The notes under the pieces were generated by a model, which was given only the letters and a program-made list of their open reading frames with translations, was not told the origin of the DNA and did no database searches. A stretch of DNA of 64,000 nt. It comes from an uncultured Arthrobacter sp. Its GTDB lineage: Bacteria > Actinomycetota > Actinomycetes > Actinomycetales > Micrococcaceae. Positions 48,195 through 57,433 of this stretch are shown here, one piece after another. The DNA lies in NCBI RefSeq assembly GCF_947493765.1, contig NZ_CANLSZ010000004.1:176461-240460 (forward strand), given 5' to 3'. Within the stretch, counting starts at the first letter, position 1. Every line of letters starts with the position of its first letter. The position numbers were made by a program, and so were the translations under genes.

Positions 48195-49690
48195 TCCCTC
48201 GCGGTACGACGCGCCCGGTCGAGGCCTCCAACGCGCCGCCACAGCCTCGTTCCGCGGATCACGTCCATCGGCCCACGCTCCCTGAGTTGAGCCAGAATCA
48301 TCAACCCGGCAATGACGACGGTGGCGACCCAAAGAACCGGCTGCGCTTGTGTCACTTCGAGCAGCACGGCGAAACAGGCAGCCACGATGAAGCCCTTGAT
48401 AGCCATGCGGCCCGACGTGGGCGGGAGAAGTGGAAACGCGATGATCGTCAGCACGCCCGCGGATGCGAGGGCACCCACGGCACAACCGATAGCGATACCC
48501 TCCACGCCTCCCCGATCCCACCCCAGGAAGATACTTCCGACGATCAGTGCCGACGCCGCCACCAGTCCGAGCTGGCATCGCCGGTAGGCACGCAACGCAA
48601 GCAGCACCGTGGCGAGGACCGTCAGCGCGGCGTACCCGAGTCCTGACAGCGCGAGGAAAGGCAGAAGAGTCAATGAGGCGTGGTACTGCTCCGGCAGTAC
48701 CAATGCGACCAGAGCATGGGGAACTGTCGCGATCACGGCGCAGGCAACCAGTGAGAGCCGGCCGAAGGAACGCAGGGCATCGGTGAGGATGGCGGTCGCA
48801 TCGGCACCCGGTTTGCGGAGCAGCGGAAACACGACGATCACCGTACCCGCTGCTACGTACACCGGCGCCTTGGCGATCGACGCGAGCGCCTGGAGTCCGG
48901 CCGCTGCTGTCGACCCACCATCGAGGAACGCGACGAGCACGACGTCGATCCCCACCAGCACCGACACGATGCACAGCGTCGACGCGATATCAGAGGTTTC
49001 GGCCCAGCGCCACCGCTGGCGCAACACCCGAGGTCTCCAGGTCAGGTCCTGGAGGAAGGACCGGGGCGTGACCAGGAGGGCGAGACCGCCCACGGCGAAG
49101 CCGAGAACGGCGCCAGGGGCACCCCACGCGAACACCACGACAAGGAACGAGAAGACCAATCGGATGAGGACCTCTCCGACGGACTTGACCGTGTACCGCA
49201 CGAAGCGCAGGTCTCCCTGGATCCAACCCGACGGTGCCGCTCCCACGAACAACACGAAGGCGGACAGTGCAACGAATGCTGCCGTCGAAGCTGACCCGAG
49301 ACCCGCCGTGATCGCCCCTGTTACCAGAGCTGCGAGGAGACCGACCAGGACCGACACCGCTACGCCGAAAGCCACGGCGTCACGTCGAGCTTCCGAACCG
49401 GGAGGGTGGGCGGTGACCGCTTGGGACAATGGTAGGGGGACGAGCGCTGAGGTTACGATTCCCACCATTCCCAGCATCACCTGGGCGGCGGCGAACTGGC
49501 TGAAGGCCGCGGGTTCGAGAGCATTCGCCATGACGATCGTGATGACGTAGCTCAGGACACCGACGACTCCAGCAGCCATGGACAACAGCGTCCCGTACCG
49601 GGCAACTCCCGCACTTGCAACAGACGCTTGTTCACTACCGGTCTGCGGACCGAGGCCAGCCTGCAACTCGGACATGGGACCGATCGTCAC
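48179..49690 (-). CDS. Polysaccharide/oligosaccharide flippase (MOP/Wzx-like)
   Basis: 503 aa with about 12-14 TM helices and a Wzx-like N-terminus (YGTLLSMAAGVVGVLSYVITIVMANAL). GTG 49690 or ATG 49675 start. The 3' end overlaps beta-helix paralog 2 by 16 nt (convergent). Confidence 0.75.
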   Translation of the reverse strand: MTIGPMSELQAGLGPQTGSEQASVASAGVARYGTLLSMAAGVVGVLSYVITIVMANALEPAAFSQFAAAQVMLGMVGIVTSALVPLPLSQAVTAHPPGSEARRDAVAFGVAVSVLVGLLAALVTGAITAGLGSASTAAFVALSAFVLFVGAAPSGWIQGDLRFVRYTVKSVGEVLIRLVFSFLVVVFAWGAPGAVLGFAVGGLALLVTPRSFLQDLTWRPRVLRQRWRWAETSDIASTLCIVSVLVGIDVVLVAFLDGGSTAAAGLQALASIAKAPVYVAAGTVIVVFPLLRKPGADATAILTDALRSFGRLSLVACAVIATVPHALVALVLPEQYHASLTLLPFLALSGLGYAALTVLATVLLALRAYRRCQLGLVAASALIVGSIFLGWDRGGVEGIAIGCAVGALASAGVLTIIAFPLLPPTSGRMAIKGFIVAACFAVLLEVTQAQPVLWVATVVIAGLMILAQLRERGPMDVIRGTRLWRRVGGLDRARRTARDQQRS

Positions 49691-49947
49691 GAATTTCCCC
49701 CAGACGGAGTTCAGGCAGGGACAGAGGCAAGGCAGAACAGACTACAGACTACAGATGGGCGAGGGAGACAAGCACGAGTATTGCCTACTCGCATCATCCA
49801 GCAACGACTACTTGGAAGATCCTGCTTCGCATCGGAGGTCGTGGTGGGCGCTCAGCAGCTCGGAACGAGCCCTATACTGAGCGCGCTGGTCGGTTCGAAA
49901 ACAGCGAGCCATGAACACCTGACCAGTGCGACGATAGGAGGATCTGC

Positions 49948-50928
49948 GTGGACTTCTTCGCTTCTGACGTTTTCTTGACGGCGTTGGCCAGGGATTACCA
50001 TCGGGCGAAGACGTACGAGTTCAAGACGTACAGCATCGAGGGCGGTCAGGTGCGCTTGGCCGAAGCTTCCGGGGGCAGAATACTCACTACCGGGCCGTTC
50101 TATGACTACGTCAAGTCTGTTCCCGCTGATGATTCGAGCCACGGAACTGTGAAGTACCTTCCGAGGCTCGTGACCTCTGTGGTCACCCTCGACGACGAGA
50201 ACCCGGCCGCCTCTGTCCCCACGAGCGAGGATGTCGCACCGCTCATCAGGTGGGACAGGTTCTCCACCTGGGATGACTACCTGGCCCTGCTCAGGACGAG
50301 AAGCAGGAACCTGACGTCTGCACGGCGCAAGAAGCTCAGAAAGACGACCGAACACTTCGGCGATCCTGTGTTCACCTTCCGTGACACCAGTGTCGAAGCA
50401 CTCGACCTCTGCGTGAAGTGGAAGATCGAGCAGTACGAAGGCGGGCATGAGACCCTCGAGGATCCCAACGCTCTCGTCCTCCTCCGGCGCATGTTCGACG
50501 AGGGCCATCTGGTGTTGGCGACGTTGAAGGTCGCTGACAACTATGTCGCAGTACATGCCGGAGTCGTCTGGGAAAACGACTACCTGGACATATTGTCGGC
50601 ATACGACCCGGCTTTCGCGGTGTACGGAGTCGGGAGGGAGCTTCGCCTGCGCCTGCTCGAATGCAGCTACCGTCAAGGACACAGGAGTTATGACCTCCTG
50701 TTGGGAGCCGAACCCTACAAGTGGGACTACGCAACCCACGTCCAACTCATCGAGACCTACGGACGCCCCCCACTGGTACTGCGCGCTCGTGACACCCTGG
50801 AACAGGCCTCAAAGCGATGGTTGGTCGCTCTGTCCCCGCGCCTGTTCTACCGCGTCAAACGGGTGGTGATCGCCGCGCGCAGGACGGTAGCGGAGACGAC
50901 CAACAAGATCGACGCAGGGTCGAGGTAG
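49948..50928 (+). CDS. CelD/BcsL-like GNAT acyltransferase (Acetyltransf_6 / FemAB-related)
   Basis: GTG 49948 lies 6 nt after AGGAGG. 326 aa. The C-terminal segment AVHAGVVWENDYLDILSAYDPAFAVYGVGRELRLRLLE...DLLLGAEPYKWDYAT is typical of this family. Confidence 0.7.
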   Translation: MDFFASDVFLTALARDYHRAKTYEFKTYSIEGGQVRLAEASGGRILTTGPFYDYVKSVPADDSSHGTVKYLPRLVTSVVTLDDENPAASVPTSEDVAPLIRWDRFSTWDDYLALLRTRSRNLTSARRKKLRKTTEHFGDPVFTFRDTSVEALDLCVKWKIEQYEGGHETLEDPNALVLLRRMFDEGHLVLATLKVADNYVAVHAGVVWENDYLDILSAYDPAFAVYGVGRELRLRLLECSYRQGHRSYDLLLGAEPYKWDYATHVQLIETYGRPPLVLRARDTLEQASKRWLVALSPRLFYRVKRVVIAARRTVAETTNKIDAGSR

Positions 50929-51019
50929 TGGGGCGGTCGGTCGCCAGGATGTGAGGGGTCCGCCGTCACAGCGGTCGGGCCGCCGATCAGTGTCGGTGGA
51001 ACGAGTAGGAAGAAGACAG

Positions 51020-52180
51020 ATGCGATCTCCTGTCCCGGAGAGGAAGCCTCGACTCATCGCGGTCGATGGAGCACGAGGGCTTGCTCTCATCGGGCTGATG
51101 ATCGTCCACGTTCTCCCACCACAGGATTACGATTTCGAGCCCACGGTGCTGTGGCGAATCTTCGCAGGCCATTCTGCTGCCTTATTCGCCCTGCTCGCGG
51201 GGGTTTCACTTGCTTTCGGCTCCGGTGGGCGGCAACCAGTGAAGGGCACAGCGCTGAGAGCCGCCCGAGCATCCGTCGCAGTGCGGGCGGCCTGCATCAT
51301 GACCCTTGGGCTCGTGATCGGCTATGCCGATACTCCCGTTTCCATCATTCTGGCCTACTACGGGGTGATGTTCCTGTTGGCGGTGCCCCTGCTCGGCCTC
51401 TCCGCGAGGACGCTGGCTCTTGTTGCCGCCGTGATGGTAGTGGCGGGCCCCATCGTGGTGCAGGCGGTGCGGGATCTGCTGCCGAACCCCGGGTTTGATC
51501 CCACCTTCACCTCGCTGTTCACCGAGCCCGTGGTGCTGGTGAGTCAGCTGCTGTTCACCGGCGTCTACCCTGCCGTCCCCTACCTGGCCTACATCTGCGC
51601 CGGGATGTCAATCGGCCGGCTCGATCTGGGGTCCTGCCGCGTACAACTGAGGCTGGTGCTCGCCGGAATCATCCTCACCGGCACGACTTGGCTGCTCTCC
51701 GTCCTGCTCCTGGGTCCATTGGGCGCCAAGAACCGGCTTGGAGAATTGTCGCCTGACCTTGACCTCGAGGCAATCGACAGGATTCTGGTGTGGGGACCCG
51801 ACAGCCGACTCCCCACGACCTCACTGTGGTGGCAGGTCGTCCTCGCTCCGCACTCGACAACCGTGCTGGAAAAGCTGAATACGGTCGGCACCTCCGTTGC
51901 CGTGCTGGGAGCAATACTGCTCCTGACGCATGTAGCCGCCTCTGAGCTGGCGCCGCTGGCCGCACTCGGCAGCATGACCTTGACCCTGTACTCGGCCCAC
52001 CTGCTCGTCCTGGCGACCGGATTCCTTGCCAACCAACCCAGTGGGTCTCTCATCATCCAAGTCGCCGTCGCTGTCAGCTTTGCTTTCCAGTGGCATCGGA
52101 GCCACGAGAACGGGCCCCTCGAGGGCCTCGTCGCAAAGGCAACACGAAGAACACGGAGGCGAATTCTGAACGCCCAATAG
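51020..52180 (+). CDS. Multi-pass membrane acyltransferase, HGSNAT-like (DUF1624/DUF418)
   Basis: ORF 50951..52180(+), start set to ATG 51020. The N-terminal RLIAVDGARGLALIGLMIVHV is characteristic of the heparan-alpha-glucosaminide N-acetyltransferase-like family. About 9-10 TM helices. Confidence 0.65.
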   Translation: MRSPVPERKPRLIAVDGARGLALIGLMIVHVLPPQDYDFEPTVLWRIFAGHSAALFALLAGVSLAFGSGGRQPVKGTALRAARASVAVRAACIMTLGLVIGYADTPVSIILAYYGVMFLLAVPLLGLSARTLALVAAVMVVAGPIVVQAVRDLLPNPGFDPTFTSLFTEPVVLVSQLLFTGVYPAVPYLAYICAGMSIGRLDLGSCRVQLRLVLAGIILTGTTWLLSVLLLGPLGAKNRLGELSPDLDLEAIDRILVWGPDSRLPTTSLWWQVVLAPHSTTVLEKLNTVGTSVAVLGAILLLTHVAASELAPLAALGSMTLTLYSAHLLVLATGFLANQPSGSLIIQVAVAVSFAFQWHRSHENGPLEGLVAKATRRTRRRILNAQ

Positions 52181-52386
52181 AGGACGGTCAGAATTCGACC
52201 AGTGGGTACATGTCTTGCCGACCAAGTAGTGCGGGCGAGAAGTGACAAGTAGTGCGGGTGAGAAGTGAAGTATCTCCTACCCGTGCGGCCGATACGGGAC
52301 CTGATTAGCGTGCATGGTGCGGATAGTTGCACCGATGAACGAAGCGATACGTCCGTGCACCGAGGAGCTTCAACCTGAGGAGAGTC

Positions 52387-53226
52387 GTGGAGATCGAAAC
52401 GAGCCTCGAGCCCGTGCCCCCTGCGAACACCATCAACACGGCTTACCCCAGCGAGGATGAGTCGGGCACCAAAAATTCGACGGCGCGCGCTTCTTCCCTG
52501 TCCGCCGCATCTGCACGCAGGCAGGTGCACCTCGAAGTCATTATTCCCGCCTACAATGAAGCTGATCGCATCACGGCCACGCTCGGTGCCACAGTGGATT
52601 TCCTCGCGGCCCAGCCGTGGTCATCCAGAATCGTGGTGGTCGACAATGGCAGCGCCGATGACACGGGCAGCGTCGTGCGGCGGATCGCGCAGGCATCAGA
52701 CACCGTGGACATACACCTCATGGGGTGCGCCCACCCGGGCAAGGGCGCTGCTGTTCGTCGCGGTCTGCTGAGTAGCCGTTCCACCTTCGCTGGATTTCTC
52801 GACGCTGACCTCGCGACTCCCATCGCCACTCTCGAAGCAGCAATGACCTACCTGGAGGCCGGTGCAGCCGCTGTGATCGCCTCGCGGCACGCTCCCGGAT
52901 CCACCTTCGTCCAACCTCAGCACCTGGGTCGGAGAGTGGGAGGGACTGCGTTCCGACTGATGACACGGCGCATGGTTCAGGGGATCGCGGATACGCAGTG
53001 CGGTTTCAAGTTCTTCGAGGTAAGCGCTGTGAAGCGCGCCCTCGTGGAGTGCCGAACCATGGGGTTCGCTTTCGATGTCGAGCTTCTCCAGCGGATCCAG
53101 CACTCTGGAGGGCGGGTTCTCGAAATTCCCGTTTCCTGGACCGACGGACCTGCCTCGACGTTCAGGCCCATTCGCGACGGATTGGCGAGTTTCGGTGCCG
53201 TCCTGCAGATGCAGCGGATGTCCTGA
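52387..53226 (+). CDS. GT2 polyprenyl-phosphate glycosyltransferase (dolichyl-phosphate glucose/mannose synthase-like)
   Basis: GTG start after GAGGAG. IIPAYNEADRI, VVDNGSADDT, GKGAAVRRG, FLDADLATP, QCGFKFF. Confidence 0.85.
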   Translation: MEIETSLEPVPPANTINTAYPSEDESGTKNSTARASSLSAASARRQVHLEVIIPAYNEADRITATLGATVDFLAAQPWSSRIVVVDNGSADDTGSVVRRIAQASDTVDIHLMGCAHPGKGAAVRRGLLSSRSTFAGFLDADLATPIATLEAAMTYLEAGAAAVIASRHAPGSTFVQPQHLGRRVGGTAFRLMTRRMVQGIADTQCGFKFFEVSAVKRALVECRTMGFAFDVELLQRIQHSGGRVLEIPVSWTDGPASTFRPIRDGLASFGAVLQMQRMS

Positions 53227-54686
53227 TGAATCCCTACCCCATGCCGATCGAGCGGCTCGCGGGCAAGCGTCTCCTCATCCTCAACTGGCGGGACATTCGT
53301 CATGCTCAAGCGGGCGGTGCCGAACAGTACATGCACCAGATCGCGGTTCGCTGGGTCAAGGCGGGCGCCCTCGTCACGTGGGTGACGGGCCGCGGTGCCG
53401 GGCAGTCAGCACGCGACGTGGTGGACGGAATCGATGTCATCCGCTCGGGCGGTGCGCTCGGCCTTTATCCGGCGGCGGCACTCTGGCTGCTCCACAGTGG
53501 ACGGACCTTCGACGGAGTCATCGACTGCCAGAACGGCATCCCGTTCTTCTCCCCTCTGTTCCTTCCGCAGGCCACGCCGATCGTTCAAGTGGTCCATCAT
53601 GTGCACCAGGACCAGTTCGACACTCGATTCTCCAGACCTCTCGCCAGGATCGGTCGGTTCCTCGAGAAGGACGTCGCCAGGATCGTGTACGGCAAGCGCT
53701 CTATAGCAGCGGTATCGCTCTCCACTCGCCAGGAACTGCGGCGACGCCTGGGCTACACAAATCCCATCTTCGTCGTGCCGAACGGCACAGTGGACCCGCC
53801 GAACGAAATCGGCCCACAGGACCCCGACCCCACCGTCACGGTCGTCAGCCGGCTGGTACCGCACAAGAGGATCGACCTGCTGCTCGGGCAGGTCGCCGTG
53901 GCAGTGGAGGCCATCCCGCGGCTTCGCGTGAACATCGTCGGCGACGGTCCCGAACGATCACGGCTGCAGAGAATCGCTGTGGATCTCGGTCTGTCGGCGG
54001 TCGTCACGTTCCACGGCTACCAGCCGAACCATGTGCGCGATGACCTCCTGAGCCGTGCGTGGGTCACGGCGTCGACATCGGCTGCCGAGGGCTGGGGTTG
54101 TTCTGTTATCGAGGCGAATGTGTGGGGGGTGCCCTGCGTGGCCCTGAGGGTCCCGGGAATCCGGGACTCGGTGGTGGATGGCGAGACAGGCTGGCTGGTC
54201 GACGACCCGAAGGATTTCGGCCCCGCTCTGGTGGGCGCCCTCGAGCACGTCGGCGAAGCCGCGAAGGCCACATCAATCACCGAGGCATGCCGAACGTGGG
54301 CCGGGCGCTTCACCTGGGACCGCAGCGCCTCACTGCTCGCCGGGATCCTCATCGAGCAGAGCGCTCCCACCGTCAAGGCAAAACTCCAGCGTCGTCGAGC
54401 GCGCTCGGACATGGCCGCGAATGCCCGGTTCAGCGTCTCGGCAGGATTCGACCCCTCGCGGTCGCTGCGGGCCACTGACGAGGTCTCCGAGGAAGGCATC
54501 GAGACCAGCGTCCTGTTGAACGGCTGCGACGAGACGGATGCACATGCTGTGCTGCGCAGGATCGGTATCTTCGAGGCGGAGATCACGCTTGCGGATCGGG
54601 ACGGAATCCTCGCCGGCCCCTCGGCCGTGAAGAGGTCCGGACCTGTCGATCAGATCCCGTTCCCTGTCAGAGGCGGAGAGGCATGA
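53226..54686 (+). CDS. GT4 glycosyltransferase with ~107-aa C-terminal extension of unknown function
   Basis: ORF 52998..54686(+). ATG 53226 overlaps the GT2 stop (TGATG). GGAEQYMHQIA, RLVPHKR, EGWGCSVIEANVWGVPCVA (EX7E). Residues encoded by about 54361-54683 lie beyond the GT-B fold. Confidence 0.85.
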   Translation: MNPYPMPIERLAGKRLLILNWRDIRHAQAGGAEQYMHQIAVRWVKAGALVTWVTGRGAGQSARDVVDGIDVIRSGGALGLYPAAALWLLHSGRTFDGVIDCQNGIPFFSPLFLPQATPIVQVVHHVHQDQFDTRFSRPLARIGRFLEKDVARIVYGKRSIAAVSLSTRQELRRRLGYTNPIFVVPNGTVDPPNEIGPQDPDPTVTVVSRLVPHKRIDLLLGQVAVAVEAIPRLRVNIVGDGPERSRLQRIAVDLGLSAVVTFHGYQPNHVRDDLLSRAWVTASTSAAEGWGCSVIEANVWGVPCVALRVPGIRDSVVDGETGWLVDDPKDFGPALVGALEHVGEAAKATSITEACRTWAGRFTWDRSASLLAGILIEQSAPTVKAKLQRRRARSDMAANARFSVSAGFDPSRSLRATDEVSEEGIETSVLLNGCDETDAHAVLRRIGIFEAEITLADRDGILAGPSAVKRSGPVDQIPFPVRGGEA

Positions 54687-56272
54687 CGGCATCGGTCACC
54701 TACTCGGACGCCGACGACACATCATCGCCCGCGCGGCGCGTGGCGCCAGCGGCTCACCGACTGGTTACGGGCACCGCTGCCGGCCTCGTCCTCGTCATCG
54801 GTGCCGCCTTTGCTACCCGGGCGATCGGCCTGGTACGTGGATTCGAACTCTGGCTCGACGAGATGCTGTATGCGCGCCTCGGACAGTCGGTCAGCATGGG
54901 ACAGATCCCCAACCTCCCGGACGGGCCCTTCCTGCTACATCCACCCGGCTACTTTCTTCTCGAGGGCGCCGTCATCGACCTGTTCGGCATCTCGGGCAAC
55001 AGCATGGACCTGGTACTGCAACTGAGGTGGCTGAACGCCGTGATCGGCGCACTGTCGGTGGGCTTGGCGTTCCTCCTGGTGCGGAAGGTCTCTAATCCGG
55101 TGGCGGCCTGGGTCATCGCCGTCGTCCTCATGGTCGAACCGTTTGTCCTGCGCAACAACAGCCGGGTCTTCCTCGAGACCCTCGGAATGGCAGCCCTGCT
55201 GGGGGGTTTTCTCATCATCGTCGCATCGATGGACCGCCCGCCCACTCGATTCCGGTCCCTGAGGCTGCTGGCAGCGGGCCTGCTGCTGGGGTATGCCGTG
55301 CTGACGAAGGACGTGTATGTCCTTGGTGCAGTCGCCCCTGTGGTCGTCGCCACGCTGTGGCGGCGCACCCTCTCCGCCGGGGATGCCCTGGTGATCCTCC
55401 TTGCCGCGGCGATTCCCTATATCGCCTACCTCGCGGTCCTAGCCCTCAACGGCCTCCTGGGAGCCTGGATCTGGGCGAAGACCAACGGTCTGCGGCGAAT
55501 GACGGGTATCGATCAGACCACTGGCTTCAACCAGGAGGGAGCGCCGAGCTTGGTCGGCAGACTGTTCGACCAGCTGACCCAATTCGGATCCTCATATCTC
55601 CTGCTCGCCATCGGCCCGGTCGCCGGACTCGTCCTGTGCTTCAGCGCAGTACCGGGTCGGCGCCTGGTCGGGATCACTGCGGTGCTTTTCGGCTTGTTCG
55701 GCGTCTACAGCGTCGCGTTCGGCACCCTCGAGGAACAGTACGGATATCCTGTCCTGTGCGCTGGCGCGGTCAGCTCCGCGGTGTGTGCGGTGGAACTCGT
55801 GGAGCGGAAGCAGCAATGGCGAACGCCTGTGATCCTGTTCTCCGTAGCCTTCGTGGCCCTCACCGCGGCGACCGGGCTGCGGACCCTGGTGACCACGGAC
55901 AACGGCTTCGTGCAGGTTCGCTCCTGGATGCAGGAGAACCTCCCGACCGACGCGAGGGTGAGCGTCTCGAACAGCACCGGTGAGGTCGCATTCGAGGACA
56001 ACCCGCGGATCGGGGTGTGGCCCTCAGCGCCACTCATGCAGGAGAACGGGGCAAACTACATCATCACGCAGGAGCTCCCCACCTCGCTCGGATATGGGTA
56101 CGCCCGTCCCGAGATGCTGGAGTGGCTGAAGGCGAATGGCGACCCGATATTCAGCGTCACCGGTCCGACAAACGGCGCCACCGTCCTATGGAGGGTGGAC
56201 GACGCGATCCTGGCGAGAGGTGCGGCTGACAACGTGGGCTTCCCCTCTGCAACCTTCGAATCCGAGAGGTAG
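54683..56272 (+). CDS. GT-C fold membrane glycosyltransferase (ArnT/PMT-like)
   Basis: ATGA overlap with the upstream gene. 529 aa. About 11 TM helices, a first-loop acidic motif ELWLDEMLYARLG, and a soluble C-terminal domain. Confidence 0.7.
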   Translation: MTASVTYSDADDTSSPARRVAPAAHRLVTGTAAGLVLVIGAAFATRAIGLVRGFELWLDEMLYARLGQSVSMGQIPNLPDGPFLLHPPGYFLLEGAVIDLFGISGNSMDLVLQLRWLNAVIGALSVGLAFLLVRKVSNPVAAWVIAVVLMVEPFVLRNNSRVFLETLGMAALLGGFLIIVASMDRPPTRFRSLRLLAAGLLLGYAVLTKDVYVLGAVAPVVVATLWRRTLSAGDALVILLAAAIPYIAYLAVLALNGLLGAWIWAKTNGLRRMTGIDQTTGFNQEGAPSLVGRLFDQLTQFGSSYLLLAIGPVAGLVLCFSAVPGRRLVGITAVLFGLFGVYSVAFGTLEEQYGYPVLCAGAVSSAVCAVELVERKQQWRTPVILFSVAFVALTAATGLRTLVTTDNGFVQVRSWMQENLPTDARVSVSNSTGEVAFEDNPRIGVWPSAPLMQENGANYIITQELPTSLGYGYARPEMLEWLKANGDPIFSVTGPTNGATVLWRVDDAILARGAADNVGFPSATFESER

Positions 56273-56276
56273 CACA

Positions 56277-57398
56277 GTGACCAGGGACATCAGAGTGCTC
56301 CATCTCGGCTTCGAGGATCCCCTCATGCCGGGAGCCGGAGGCGGATCGGTACGTACCCACCAGATCAACCGACGACTGACCGGTCTCGGCTTCGAGGTGA
56401 CGGTCCTGACCACGACCTACCCCGGGGCGCAGGAGCGGACGCAGGACGGCGTCCGCTATGTACCGGTCGGTATCGGAAGGGGACGGAACCGCCTCACCCG
56501 GCTCCTCGGTTACATCGCTCGATTGCCGCTGGAAGCCCGACGGCGGCGCAGGAGTACCGACCTCGTGGTCGAGGACTTCTTCGCCCCGTTCTCGACCATG
56601 GGGGCTCCCCTGTGGACGGGCCGACCAACAGTTGGTATGGTGCAGTGGCTTCACGCCCGCGATAAGGCCAGGCAATACGGGCTTCCCTTTCACTGGCTGG
56701 AGCGACAGGGTGTCCTTTCGCATACGCACCTCATCGCCGTCTCACAGGGCACGGCGGACAAGCTGACCTCGCTCAATCCGGATGCCACCGTTGCAGTCGT
56801 AGGGAACGGTATCGAACTGGAGTCTCTCGAGGGCGAGGTCACGGTGGGCCGCCACGTCCTGTTCATCGGTCGGCTGGAACTGCATTTGAAAGGCATTGAT
56901 CTCTTGCTCGCTGCCTGGGCAAAAGTAGTCCCGACGATCGGTGACAGGCTGGTCATTGCGGGAACTGGACCGGACGAACAGAAGATCGAGCATCTCATCG
57001 CGTCCCTCGGTCTTGCGGATTCCGTGGACCTGGTGGGCTGGGTCTCGGGGGAGTACAAGCGTTCCCTGGTGCATTCGGCACGTCTCGTCGTCGTACCGTC
57101 CCGCCACGAGACGTTCGGACTCGTGGCTGTGGAAGCTCTCGCCGCCGGCACACCCGTGATCATCTTCGACATCCCGTGCCTGCGGGAAGTGGTGCCCGCC
57201 GGCTGCGGGTGGTCGGTGGAGCCACTCGACGCAGGCGCCCTCGCCAGGGAGATCGCCTCACGATACGGACGCGAGGCGGATCTGCTCGATGCCGGTCACC
57301 GGGGCCGTGACTTCGCCCGCACCTTCGACTGGGATGCACAGGCACAACGGCAGGCGCATGTCTATCGGAGCGTACTGGCGGCACCTGTGAAGGCCTGA
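56277..57398 (+). CDS. GT4 glycosyltransferase
   Basis: ORF 56136..57398(+). GTG 56277 lies 4 nt after the upstream stop. LHLGFEDPLMPGAGGGSVRTHQI, GRLELHLKG, ETFGLVAVEALAAGTPVI. Confidence 0.85.
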   Translation: MTRDIRVLHLGFEDPLMPGAGGGSVRTHQINRRLTGLGFEVTVLTTTYPGAQERTQDGVRYVPVGIGRGRNRLTRLLGYIARLPLEARRRRRSTDLVVEDFFAPFSTMGAPLWTGRPTVGMVQWLHARDKARQYGLPFHWLERQGVLSHTHLIAVSQGTADKLTSLNPDATVAVVGNGIELESLEGEVTVGRHVLFIGRLELHLKGIDLLLAAWAKVVPTIGDRLVIAGTGPDEQKIEHLIASLGLADSVDLVGWVSGEYKRSLVHSARLVVVPSRHETFGLVAVEALAAGTPVIIFDIPCLREVVPAGCGWSVEPLDAGALAREIASRYGREADLLDAGHRGRDFARTFDWDAQAQRQAHVYRSVLAAPVKA

Positions 57399-57433
57399 CC
57401 GAAGGAACGCCCATTCCCTGAAGAGAGGCTTCC

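Noticed and set aside
52998-53225. Extended N-termini suggested by the ORF track for several genes. Examples: 52998 for the GT4, 56136 for the second GT4, 50951, 47019, 44021, 39234, 18789, 17004, 6057, 5195.
   Set aside because: The extensions overlap upstream genes or are compositionally non-coding. Internal starts give family-typical N-termini, often with a Shine-Dalgarno sequence or a stop-start overlap.
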